Assembly: GCA_019058445.1 (NCBI GenBank)
Contig: JAHPZA010000010.1
Location: forward strand, 352,001 to 416,000
Direction of reading: 5' to 3'
Length of the DNA stretch: 64,000 nucleotides
DNA from: Promethearchaeota archaeon
GTDB taxonomy: Archaea > Asgardarchaeota > Lokiarchaeia > Sigyniarchaeales > SOKP01
Shown one piece after another: positions 30,101 to 38,912 of this stretch (its first letter is position 1; the number at the start of each line of letters is the position of its first letter). The translations under genes were made by a program, and so were the position numbers. The notes beneath the pieces are model-generated. The model searched no databases and had not been told where the DNA came from. It saw only the letters and a program-made list of their open reading frames with translations.

Positions 30101-32102
30101 ACTTCAAAAACAAGAAGTGCTTAAAGCTAAAATGGAACAGCAGAAATCGAAGGCATTTACGTTAATAGACGAAGCAGAAAAATTCTTGAGTGAATGTCAA
30201 TATGACCAGTCATTAGAAAAATATCGCCAAGTAGATTTAATTTTTAGTGAAATTCAATTTCCTGCCCAAGTTATTAAAGAGGCAATTTTAAAAGTTGAGG
30301 AAAAAAAGAAAGTGGAATATTTGAATAAACAAAAAGAATTAGAAAGTCAACTTAAAAAGAACCAAGAAGAATTCTTATTTAAACAGCAGATTTCTGAAAA
30401 AATGGAGATTGAAAGACAAAAAATGAAATCGAAACAGATTGAAGTCAAAAAGAAAGAAGAACTTAAAGATTACATGGAAAATCGAAAAAAGGATGCATTT
30501 AAATTACTAGAGGATGCCGAAATGTTTATGAATCAATCTCAGTACGATAAAGCCTTAGAATTTTATCAGAGTGCTGAATTAATTTTAAATGAAATTCAGT
30601 ATCCCTCTGATGTTATCAGAGATATGATATATAAAGTGCGAGAAAAGAAAAAGAATTATGAAATAGATAAACAAAAAGAAATTGAATATAAGATTCAAAG
30701 AGAAAGACAAGACTATGAGTTTCAGAAAAAACTTACTGAAGATTTTAGGAAAGAAAAAGAAAGATTAAGCGTTAAAAAATTGGAATTAGAAGAAAAAGAA
30801 ATATTACAAGCAAAATTAGAAGAAAAAAGAAAGCAAGCTTTCACAATTTTGGAGGAGGCTCAAAACTTTACAAAACAATTAGATTATGATAATGCCGTTG
30901 AATATTATCGAAAGGCAGAATTAATTTTGAACGAGCTCCACTTTTCAACGGAATCAATTAAGGGGATGATTGCTCAGGTGATGAATCTAAAAAATGAAAA
31001 GGATAACCAAAAAGAACTAGAGCTTAAAAGAGAACTGGAGCGAGTAGAAGAGGAAAAGCAGCTAAGAGCATTAATAGAAGAGAGAAAAAGACAGGAGGAA
31101 GAGAAAAAATTAGCTCAACAAATTGCGCTCCAAGAAAGAGAAAAATTAATCCAAGAACAGATAAGCCAAAGAGAGGCAGCTTATACTATTTTAGAAGAGG
31201 CGAGCAGATATCTTAAAAGTCGTATACCAGACTATGATAAAGCAATCTCTTTATATCTTCAAGCGAAGAAAATCTTAGCAGAAAATGTCGGATGGGAACC
31301 GGAAATAAGAAATTTAGAAGGACTTATTAAAGATTTACAACAAGAAAAAGCTAATTTTCTAAAAAGACAGCAAATTGAAGCCCAAGCACAATTGAAACGT
31401 CAACAGGAATATGATCTATTTAAAGAGGAAATGAGAAGAAAAAGAGTGGATCATGAGAAACAAAAGGAAGAGCAGAAATCTAAATTAAAACAATTTGAAG
31501 AACGAAAAGAATTGGAATCAACTCTGAGAGACGAAGGGCTAAGATTAATAGGAGAGGGAAAACGAAATGCGGAGTTAAAAACATTTGCTAAAGCATATCA
31601 AATGTTTGATAGGGCTATATCCCATTTTAGAGAAATTGGATGGAATGAACAAATCAAATATATTGAAACTGAGATTAAAAATGCTAAAATTTTAGAAGAA
31701 AATTTCAAACATGAAGAATTAGAGCGAGAAAGAATACAACAAGAATTAGAAAAACAACGAGAGTTAGAAAGGGAAAAATGGAAACAAAAAGATTCCCAAA
31801 TGCGAACAACAATCGGAGAAGTTGGCAGTCTTACTGATGAAGTTGCAAGTCTTTTTAGAGCTCGCGAGGAGCAATTAAAATTAACAGAAGAGCAGAGAAA
31901 AATACAAATTAAAAACGAAGCAAAAGAATTTAGTCGAAATATGGGTAAGATGCTGCGCATAAAGCAAGAATTACTGGCAGAATTGAAGAAGACTGAAGAA
32001 GATGAGATAAAGAAAAGAGAAGATGAACAAAAGGCCAAGGAACGTGAAGAATTTGACGAAATTGCTAGAATGCTTCGAGACCTTAAAAAAAAGGAGAAGT
32101 AA
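27141..32102 (+). CDS. Giant repeat protein: 14 TPR/MIT-like helical units separated by charged helical/coiled-coil spacers
   Basis: Recurring AF.LLD.A......YD.A...Y..A..IF.EI.W unit about every 115-120 aa with E/K/Q/R-rich linkers. Confidence 0.8.
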   Translation: MEKQELAQKALELLNQTDKLEEERNWAKAIEKYKQAAEYLKQSGFLPHRIEDIYKRITEINDFLEQEKRYQMQTQQVHLEQIQEQAFAILDGAKKFETDGHFEDAIQQYMSAIKLLVESGWTESQLENLKEKIIGLTQKIEQQKDTTYLQQQIQIPKDFKPKEISTEVGNSAIDLKSEQVKAFETKRKREEQIQNESFELIDKAKIFESEKRYDNAINCYQEAIRLLKSIGWTDQTRNLEILIGKLRKDKDIYERVEAQRKNKIHFDNIEVQLTPDQSETQSEVELRKQKIIEFENKKKKEEEIQTKAFNLIDIGKRLEREKKYDDAIENFQNAIDLLKSISWDSYIQPVANFINEINEKRKRELKTEQLKKKRQEDLTTLQETIYKKQKEKIVQTSQDFEIRKKDFEQEKLKQAEREEQFFVQLDKADKILKEEKNYDKAVNEYQKALEMLKSLGAGWESYTPTIQATISNINKRKEYQSEKEIEILKKKDEQIKKELEFQQQVDKLLKKERKNLQQKEIELKGREEELRYREEAKKKAFQYLETAETYIKQGDLDKAIYAYQNAGNTFAEIQWTDELPLIEKSISELENRKREMFLSKQEEMHKLIEREKQERDFQSQLANQLHLEREKLKEKDIALREHEREVEYRGTRKNEAFKLLDEAQNYLKEGDFDNASELYHQIANIFAEIQWDSEIDLIQNAIIEIENKKRETQIQKQKDFQKVLEKEREERIFQEDMSRAIQNQMENLKEKEIKIREQEDELKHREIKKEEAFELLDKAISLLSLRKFDEALNVYYNVANIFAQIQWDDEIPIIQNAIEEIKEKKKETDLWKQMTMKKGIEKETTYQAFIEQMKTQREIEKSKLLEKSEMIKKQKELSAQNLAKQENAFKIIDEADEFLKQENFDEAISKFKAAESILTEIGWEPSYLRTLQDNLRTIQIRKSEKEKEIRREKEIREKRQLEELQFQTRITEGIQKQKERMEAKKIELQKQEVLKAKMEQQKSKAFTLIDEAEKFLSECQYDQSLEKYRQVDLIFSEIQFPAQVIKEAILKVEEKKKVEYLNKQKELESQLKKNQEEFLFKQQISEKMEIERQKMKSKQIEVKKKEELKDYMENRKKDAFKLLEDAEMFMNQSQYDKALEFYQSAELILNEIQYPSDVIRDMIYKVREKKKNYEIDKQKEIEYKIQRERQDYEFQKKLTEDFRKEKERLSVKKLELEEKEILQAKLEEKRKQAFTILEEAQNFTKQLDYDNAVEYYRKAELILNELHFSTESIKGMIAQVMNLKNEKDNQKELELKRELERVEEEKQLRALIEERKRQEEEKKLAQQIALQEREKLIQEQISQREAAYTILEEASRYLKSRIPDYDKAISLYLQAKKILAENVGWEPEIRNLEGLIKDLQQEKANFLKRQQIEAQAQLKRQQEYDLFKEEMRRKRVDHEKQKEEQKSKLKQFEERKELESTLRDEGLRLIGEGKRNAELKTFAKAYQMFDRAISHFREIGWNEQIKYIETEIKNAKILEENFKHEELERERIQQELEKQRELEREKWKQKDSQMRTTIGEVGSLTDEVASLFRAREEQLKLTEEQRKIQIKNEAKEFSRNMGKMLRIKQELLAELKKTEEDEIKKREDEQKAKEREEFDEIARMLRDLKKKEK

Positions 32103-32297
32103 TCCTATCGTTCTTATTTTACATTGTATATTTATATTTTAAGTAAGGTAAAATTCTTAAGAATTTAAAACCTCCAAATTATTCATGAATAAATTAGAGA
32201 TGATTGAAAATTCTTCAAGATTAAGTGGTAAAAATCTAACTTAAAATTTTATAAATTGATTTTAATATTATAATAAAAAACAATTTACTATCAAAAA

Positions 32298-33884
32298 ATG
32301 ACATTAGAAAAAAAGGATGAGATTCTAAAATCTCGGATGTTTGCCAGACAACAGTTAATTGATGGTTGGGATCAATCGATAATAGATAATGCATGTATCT
32401 TGATAATAGGCATAGGTGCACTTGGTTGTGAAATTGCAAAGGATTTTGCGTTGATGGGTATAGGAAAACTTATCTTAGTTGATTTGGATTTAATAGAAAC
32501 TTCTAACTTATCTAGACAAATGCTATTTAGACCTGGAGATGAAGGACGCCCAAAAGCAGAAGTCGCCGCAGAACGTTTGAAAGAAATGAATCCATATTTA
32601 AAAGTTGACTTCTATTTCGAAAAACTTCAAAAATTACCGATGTCCGTATATGAGGAATCAGATGTAGTTGTTGCCGCACTAGATAATTTCAATGCAAGGT
32701 TAGATCTAAATAAAATATGTCTCCGATTAAAAAAGCCCATGATTGAGGGCGGAACAGTAGGATTTGAGGGTCATGTACAAATTGTTATTCCAGAGGGCTC
32801 CGGATTAGAATATAAAACTAAAGAGGTTGAAATTGATAAATTAGTCGAAACAAAATTATGGGAACTTAGTAAAGATGAATATCCTAAATATTTTCAAGCT
32901 ATGGAAAGAATTGAGAAATTAGAACACCTTATTGAGCAAATTAATGAGACAATGATTGATCCAATTAAAGCAAAAATTAGAGCACAAATAGAGGCAGAAT
33001 TTAATGAAAAATATGCTTCAGAGGTTTTAGATCAAACAGCCTGTTATAGATGCTTAGTACCTATTCCTCCTGCTGATGATAAATTGGTTGCTGCTTGTAC
33101 ACTCAAAGGGATCCCAAGAAATAGAAATCATTGTGTTATTAAGGCAGAAGTAGATTTTGAAAAAATGTATGGTCATAAACCTGACCTAAATAAAGATGAC
33201 GAAGTTATTAAATTAAAAGAAATTGCTCAAGAAGAATTGGAAAAATTAAGACGAAGGATATTTAATGAAAACGTCCCTCCTGAAAAGAGAGATTCTTTAA
33301 CCCAAGAAGAAATTGTAGATTGGCAAAACAATATTTTAGATACTTTTGGACCTGATTATAAGTTTGAAGAAATGGAAAATATCTTAGGAAATAAAATTGC
33401 GGCTATTCAAACAGTAAGTTCCGTAATTGCCAGTATCCAATCTCAAGAAGCATTAAAACTTTTATTTCGCGTTAAAGGTCGAAATATCGGCCCTCCAATG
33501 GATCCTCCTTATGTAAATTATAACGGAGTTTATGGGCAATTTGACCATTTAGATATTATAAAAAGAGACGAATGTCTTGCCTGTGGTAAAATAACAGGAG
33601 AAGAGAATGTAAATATTGTTGTTCCATTTGATGCCAATGTGGGATACATCTTTGAGGCAATGAAAATAAGCGGTTTTCCTTTAGATCCAGAACATTGGAT
33701 GATAACCAATCCCATGACTAAAGAAATTATTTGGAATCCCATGGTTGCCTCATTAAAAGACCCAAACTATAAATTAAAAGCCTTAAAAATTAATAGCAAT
33801 GATATAATCTCAATGACTCCTTTAGGAAAAGCAAGGGAAGACTTTGAAATACAAAAGTATAATGTCATTATAACCTATATGTAA
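32298..33884 (+). CDS. Ubiquitin-like activating enzyme E1 (UBA3/UBA2-like) with C-terminal ubiquitin-fold-like domain
   Basis: FARQ, IGIGALGCE, DLDLIETSNLSRQMLF, LDNFNAR, GTVGFEG, Zn pairs CYRC/CLAC, catalytic ACTLKGIPRNRNHC (Cys267). Confidence 0.9.
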   Translation: MTLEKKDEILKSRMFARQQLIDGWDQSIIDNACILIIGIGALGCEIAKDFALMGIGKLILVDLDLIETSNLSRQMLFRPGDEGRPKAEVAAERLKEMNPYLKVDFYFEKLQKLPMSVYEESDVVVAALDNFNARLDLNKICLRLKKPMIEGGTVGFEGHVQIVIPEGSGLEYKTKEVEIDKLVETKLWELSKDEYPKYFQAMERIEKLEHLIEQINETMIDPIKAKIRAQIEAEFNEKYASEVLDQTACYRCLVPIPPADDKLVAACTLKGIPRNRNHCVIKAEVDFEKMYGHKPDLNKDDEVIKLKEIAQEELEKLRRRIFNENVPPEKRDSLTQEEIVDWQNNILDTFGPDYKFEEMENILGNKIAAIQTVSSVIASIQSQEALKLLFRVKGRNIGPPMDPPYVNYNGVYGQFDHLDIIKRDECLACGKITGEENVNIVVPFDANVGYIFEAMKISGFPLDPEHWMITNPMTKEIIWNPMVASLKDPNYKLKALKINSNDIISMTPLGKAREDFEIQKYNVIITYM

Positions 33885-33889
33885 TATTT

Positions 33890-34504
33890 TTAAGACATGT
33901 CAATTTCTTGTCTCTTTTTTTTTACCATGTTTATAATCTCTTCTATTAAGTAAGATTCAACTCCCGCATTATTTCCAGTTTTGATATCTTTTAGTAAATC
34001 GCCAAAATAGATCATATCTTCGTTATCTACTCCAAAATATTCCATGATTTTTAGTAAACCATCTGGATTGGGCTTCCATTTTCTTATATCTTCTCTTCCG
34101 ACAATATAGTCAAAATTATCATAAATTTTTGCCATTTTTAATGAAGCTATTATAACTTTTCGTGTATTAAGAGAAAAAATAGCTAATTTTGTCTCTTTTG
34201 GTACTCCAAACACCTTTAAATTATTAATGAAATAAAGAGATTCATCAATTTCTTTGTTATCATTAATATTTCTCATCTCAAGATCTTCTAGAACCTTAAA
34301 AAAATTATTCAGTTCCCGCTCATCTTTTTTCTCTACGACATAATCTAGACAGCCAGAAATATGTTTAAATTCACATTTCTCTCCATAGATCTTAAAATAT
34401 CTATCGCTCAAAGCTTTTTTGATATGGTGCCAATCAGCTGCTAATTCGACGAGTGTTCCATCTAAATCAAAGACTAGAACTTTTTTTTTTTTAAATGAAA
34501 TCAT
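33890..34504 (-). CDS. HAD family hydrolase (phosphoglycolate phosphatase-like)
   Basis: FDLDGTL, KPNPDG, GDLLKDI. Confidence 0.9.
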   Translation of the reverse strand: MISFKKKKVLVFDLDGTLVELAADWHHIKKALSDRYFKIYGEKCEFKHISGCLDYVVEKKDERELNNFFKVLEDLEMRNINDNKEIDESLYFINNLKVFGVPKETKLAIFSLNTRKVIIASLKMAKIYDNFDYIVGREDIRKWKPNPDGLLKIMEYFGVDNEDMIYFGDLLKDIKTGNNAGVESYLIEEIINMVKKKRQEIDMS

Positions 34505-34566
34505 AATGCTTCTTAATTAGAATCTTAAATCAACTATACATAAAAGAAAAAGGAGTAGACTAAAAA

Positions 34567-35082
34567 TTAATCCATAGCATATTTTTGTGTCCACTGACGA
34601 GCTTTTGACTCAAACTTTTTAAGACTCCTAAAGTATTGCTCTCCAGCCTCGTGGTTTAGAGGATCACCCGGATTAAAGAATGGAGCTTCATAATGCATCA
34701 TGCCCTTCAAGGCTTCAACTATATTAGTAAGAGTCTTACTAGGAGTCCAACCACTCGCGCCTGTTGCAGCATCAACTTTACCAACCAAATCTGGATTAAT
34801 TAAATCTAAACATATATTTAACTTTCCTGGAGGGATTGAAGAATCAATATTAGGATGCCACATTAGCGTTACAGCATAAACGTAAGGAGGAGCGAAAGGA
34901 TAATTATCTGGAAATTTAATTTCAAAAATAAATTTACCTCCCGCATAGGGAGTTTTCGGTTTACCTATTATCGTTAACCTAAGGTGGTCAATGCTTCTAC
35001 CCCAAGGTTCAAGGATTATAAGTTCGTTATCTTTATAAGACTCTAGAGCTTCCGCGTAATCTGTTTCTTCACGCAAACGCAT
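34567..35082 (-). CDS. Ubiquitin-conjugating enzyme E2
   Basis: TPYAGGKF, FPDNYPFAPP, WHPNI, ICLDL (catalytic Cys91), WTP, PLNHEA. Confidence 0.95.
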   Translation of the reverse strand: MRLREETDYAEALESYKDNELIILEPWGRSIDHLRLTIIGKPKTPYAGGKFIFEIKFPDNYPFAPPYVYAVTLMWHPNIDSSIPPGKLNICLDLINPDLVGKVDAATGASGWTPSKTLTNIVEALKGMMHYEAPFFNPGDPLNHEAGEQYFRSLKKFESKARQWTQKYAMD

Positions 35083-35335
35083 ACACCTCTTATGTCTGAA
35101 TCTATTTTATTAATTTTGTTTAGTAATTCTTATAAAAATTAAATATATTACTTTATTATAAAGTTTTTCAATTACAAATAAAGTATTACTTATTTTTAGG
35201 ATTTTTCTAAAAAAGAAGAAATTTTTAAATACGAGACTTTAAACTAGTTCTGCATATTTTCATATAAGAATCGTAAAAAATATATTAATTCAACAATTTA
35301 AGAAATTAGTAAGATTTTATATAAAATAATATTAA

Positions 35336-35483
35336 CCCCCCTTAGCTCAGTTGGTTAGAGCGCGCGGCTGTAGATAATAATCGCGTACAAAGGCTTTTGC
35401 CGATGAATGTGCGTCAGCCAGCAGCCACCGTGAGGCAAGAAAATGCCCGGTATAGGTCCCCGGCTCAAATCCGGGAGGGGGGA
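35336..35483 (+). tRNA. tRNA-Tyr(GUA) with two introns: 35374-35426 (position 37/38) and 35433-35453 (position 43/44)
   Basis: Acceptor CCCCCCT/AGGGGGG plus A73 (C1-G72, archaeal Tyr identity), D-arm GCTC/GAGC, anticodon stem CGCGG/CCGTG, GTA at 35370-35372, T-stem CCCGG/CCGGG. Removing both introns gives a 74-nt cloverleaf, and both introns have BHB motifs. Confidence 0.93.
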
Positions 35484-35616
35484 CTTTTAATTTTTAATTT
35501 TTTAAGATTTAAATTAATTAGTTTAAATAATTATTTTCAATTCTAAACTGATTAAGTTCAAAAAATTATTATTTTACACGTCATTATACACTATTATAAA
35601 AATACGATCCAGTTAC

Positions 35617-36543
35617 ATGAAAAAGAAAAGAACTGCTGTAGTTGGCGCTGGTTGGTTCGGTCGAGCTCATATTCGAAATTTTCATGAGCAATCGAAGTTA
35701 GTAGGAATCTGTGATAATAACAAAGTGCAATTGGAAAGAATTCAAGATAATCACCAATATGATGAAGTCAATGTATATACTAATGTTGATGACTTAATCA
35801 AAAACGAAGAACTCGACGCTGCCAGCATCGTGACTCCTCCTAAAGATATCCCTCAAATTTCGAAGAAATTTGCCGATGCGGGTATTGACATTTTAATGGA
35901 AAAACCAATGGCATTAAATATTGAAGAATTAAAGATACTAAAAGAATATGAAGATAGTATTCGAATTATGCCGGGTTTTATAGAACTTTATAATCCAGTT
36001 TTTGAAAAGTTATTAAAATATTTACCTGAGATAGGAGAAATATTATCCATAACATCTAAGAGAGTTGGTTTATATCCAAGAAGAGATTGGCATATGGGTG
36101 TTATTTTGGATTTATCTATCCATGATATTTACCTTCAAGAAAAAGTTATGGGCAACAATAATATTTTAAATGCTGTAGGATTTAAAAAATGTTTTAAGGA
36201 TAACGTTCATGCAGATGCTGCATTCATTATTTTAGATTTTGGAAAAGCCATTGGAAATATTGAATCAAATTGGCTAACACCTTCCAAATTTAGAAGAATG
36301 TATGTCAATGGAGAGCTAGGAGGAATAATGATTGATTTTATTTCACAGAAAGCTAATTTACGTACTGGAATGGATTTACAGGGAGAATGGCCTGAAACTA
36401 AAGAAGTTTCATATACTCCTTTAAGATCCGATGAGCCTTTAAGGAGAGAAGTATATAATTTTTTATATGACAAAAAAACCTTAGTTAATTTGGATGATGG
36501 TATTCGAGCTTTAGATATTGCTCTTAAAATTGTAAATAATTAA
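35617..36543 (+). CDS. Gfo/Idh/MocA family oxidoreductase (UDP-GlcNAc 3-dehydrogenase-like)
   Basis: VVGAGWFGRAH, MEKPMA, GFIELYNP, GVILDLSIHDI, NWLTP. Confidence 0.9.
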   Translation: MKKKRTAVVGAGWFGRAHIRNFHEQSKLVGICDNNKVQLERIQDNHQYDEVNVYTNVDDLIKNEELDAASIVTPPKDIPQISKKFADAGIDILMEKPMALNIEELKILKEYEDSIRIMPGFIELYNPVFEKLLKYLPEIGEILSITSKRVGLYPRRDWHMGVILDLSIHDIYLQEKVMGNNNILNAVGFKKCFKDNVHADAAFIILDFGKAIGNIESNWLTPSKFRRMYVNGELGGIMIDFISQKANLRTGMDLQGEWPETKEVSYTPLRSDEPLRREVYNFLYDKKTLVNLDDGIRALDIALKIVNN

Positions 36544-36567
36544 TAAGATGAGGAATGTGTTGAAAAA

Positions 36568-36984
36568 ATGAGTGAAAAAGAAGAACATGAATTAGATAAA
36601 ATTCGGATGAAAAAATTAAAAGCATTAATGGATGCGCAAAAGAGAAATCAAGCATCTCAAGAAAAGGTTACAAGTATTTGGGAGAAAGTGGATTACATTT
36701 TAAGAGCTGTAATGATGCCTGATGCTTACACCTATTTGAATTATTTAAAAACTAATGAACCTCAAATTTACCAACAGATCATCAATGAATTAATAACTCC
36801 TGACGTAATTCAAAATTTAGAGTACCTTTTAGCAGCTATTGCTCAATCAGGTGGTGTTCCAAGGAGGATTCCTAAAGACGTTATCGTTTTTTTAGAAAGG
36901 AAGGCTAAAGGTATTAAAAGTAAAATTCAAGTAAAACAAGGAGACGGTGATATGATGGATTTAGGATCTTATTTGAGCAAATAA
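36568..36984 (+). CDS. PDCD5-like dsDNA-binding protein
   Basis: ELDKIRMKKLKAL and ILRAVMMPDAYTYL match the PDCD5/TFAR19 pattern (EL..IR..RL..L; L..IL.PEAR.RL). Confidence 0.7.
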   Translation: MSEKEEHELDKIRMKKLKALMDAQKRNQASQEKVTSIWEKVDYILRAVMMPDAYTYLNYLKTNEPQIYQQIINELITPDVIQNLEYLLAAIAQSGGVPRRIPKDVIVFLERKAKGIKSKIQVKQGDGDMMDLGSYLSK

Positions 36985-37112
36985 TAAAGATTAATTAAAA
37001 GATTCAAAAGCAAACATTATTATAGAAAGCATTCTAATTTTTATTTTTCCTATATTGCTTTAATTGAATTTATTCAGCTTCATAGATTAAGTAAAAAGAG
37101 AATATAGTTTTT

Positions 37113-38117
37113 ATGACTTCAAAACCAAAGAAAAAGAAGGATTTTATTTCGACTCAGGATTGGAGCAGAAAAGATTTAGATAAATTACTTCAAATAACCA
37201 AAGACATAAAGGCCCATCCAGAAAAATATAGAAACACTTTAAAAGGCAAATCGCTTTGTATGTTTTTTTATAATCCTTCGACGAGAACAAGGAATTCCAC
37301 AGAAGTTGCGGCATATCAATTAGGAATACATCCTACCTTCAACAGTATAAAAGATGCTTGGATAGGATATCAGTCCGAGTCTGTAAAAGATACTGCAAAA
37401 GTTTTATCAAGGTATTATGATGCGATAGGAATACGGTTATTTCCCGTTTCAGTAAATTGGATTTATAAAGAGGGAAATCGGATTCTACGTGAATTTGCGG
37501 AGTATTCTGATGCGCCGATCATTAATTTTGAAGATGACCAATTTCATCCACTTCAAGCTTTAACAGATATTTTTTCAATTAAGGAGAAATTGGGTGAGCC
37601 AAGAGGAAAAAAAATAGTGATATCTTGGGCATACCATTCTAAACCTTTACCAGTAAGTGTTCCAAACTCAATTTTATTAATTTCGTCCAGATTTGGAATG
37701 GATGTTACTTTAGCTCATCCTAAAGAATACCATTTAGATGAGAACATAATTAATATTGCTAAAAAAAATGCAAATGAATCTGGAGGTTCCCTAACTATTT
37801 CTAATGATATTAAAGAATCTTATAGTAATGCAGATGTAGTTTATGTAAAAAGTTGGGGGGCTTTGGGATCTTATGGAAACGCCAAAGAAGAAAAACAATT
37901 AAGGATACCCTATAGAGATATTTGGAGAATTAAAAGTGAATATTTGGATTTTACTGATCAGAAATCGATTTTTATGCATTGCCTTCCTATCAGACGAAAT
38001 ATTGTCGCGGATGATGCAGTAATTGATGGTAAGCACTCAATCGTCTACGATCAAGCAGAAAATAGATTATATACAGTTAAAGCTCTTCTTTATAATTTAT
38101 TAGGAGAAATTGATTAA
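37113..38117 (+). CDS. argF: N-acetylornithine (or N-succinylornithine) carbamoyltransferase, ArgF'
   Basis: STRT, HPLQAL, WAYHSKPLP..VPNS proline loop, YVKSWG and HCLPIRRN are typical of the AOTCase/SOTCase branch rather than classic OTC. Confidence 0.85.
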   Translation: MTSKPKKKKDFISTQDWSRKDLDKLLQITKDIKAHPEKYRNTLKGKSLCMFFYNPSTRTRNSTEVAAYQLGIHPTFNSIKDAWIGYQSESVKDTAKVLSRYYDAIGIRLFPVSVNWIYKEGNRILREFAEYSDAPIINFEDDQFHPLQALTDIFSIKEKLGEPRGKKIVISWAYHSKPLPVSVPNSILLISSRFGMDVTLAHPKEYHLDENIINIAKKNANESGGSLTISNDIKESYSNADVVYVKSWGALGSYGNAKEEKQLRIPYRDIWRIKSEYLDFTDQKSIFMHCLPIRRNIVADDAVIDGKHSIVYDQAENRLYTVKALLYNLLGEID

Positions 38118-38140
38118 AGAATTAGTAATTTTTTAACAAA

Positions 38141-38695
38141 TTATTGTTCTCTACCTGAAATAATAGCAATAACTTCCCATTCACCACTTAAAAGTTGATT
38201 TGCATCAATACTTGAGAATTGAAAGGCAAATGGGCGTTGGAAAATCTTTTCAACCATCGGACCGAAAGAACTAATAGCAAAAATGAATATTCTTTTTAAT
38301 ACATTTTCAAGTTTTTCAGTGCTATTTAATTCTTGCATGATTTCTTCTATTACTCTAATTTCTTTCAAACTATATTGATATTTATAGATTAATTTAAAAT
38401 CTACGGGAGTCGGAGCTTCAGGATCTTCATATGTTAATCCTCTTTTCCTAAATGGAAACATAGTATTTAAATAAAAATCAAAGATCTCCTTATGATGATC
38501 TTTTAAAAGATGAGATATCCTAGAACGAGCGCTATATTCTGGCCAGTATTTATTCATCAGTTCCAAGAGGCGAGGGTAATTTTTATATTTATTTTCACTG
38601 TCCCTTTGTAAGGATATTAGTAATTGATTTTTTATCGGTTTAAAATCAGTATCTTTTCCTATCCTTCTGATAAAGTTTTTGAAGGTGATTGACAT
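38141..38695 (-). CDS. Hypothetical protein
   Basis: 184-aa ORF with host-like composition between convergent/divergent genes; no recognised motif. Confidence 0.65.
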   Translation of the reverse strand: MSITFKNFIRRIGKDTDFKPIKNQLLISLQRDSENKYKNYPRLLELMNKYWPEYSARSRISHLLKDHHKEIFDFYLNTMFPFRKRGLTYEDPEAPTPVDFKLIYKYQYSLKEIRVIEEIMQELNSTEKLENVLKRIFIFAISSFGPMVEKIFQRPFAFQFSSIDANQLLSGEWEVIAIISGREQ

Positions 38696-38912
38696 AGTAT
38701 TAAGAGTGAAAGAAGTTATGGTTTAACTTTTTTTTAAAATCTATAATTGTTTATATAATATTTGGATAATATAAGTTTTCTTATTTATTCCTTCTGTTTT
38801 ACGGAGTTTCTCAACATTCTTGGAAGATTATATTTTAAAATAGAATAAATTATTTAAAATAAAAATCTTGTTTAATTAATTATTACATAACTAATCTTCT
38901 GCATTTCTGATC

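Noticed and set aside
35374-35426. C/D-box guide RNA inside tRNA intron 1
   Set aside because: The intron can fold (CGUACA/UGUGCG stem, GGC/GCC hairpin) but has no RUGAUGA or CUGA boxes.
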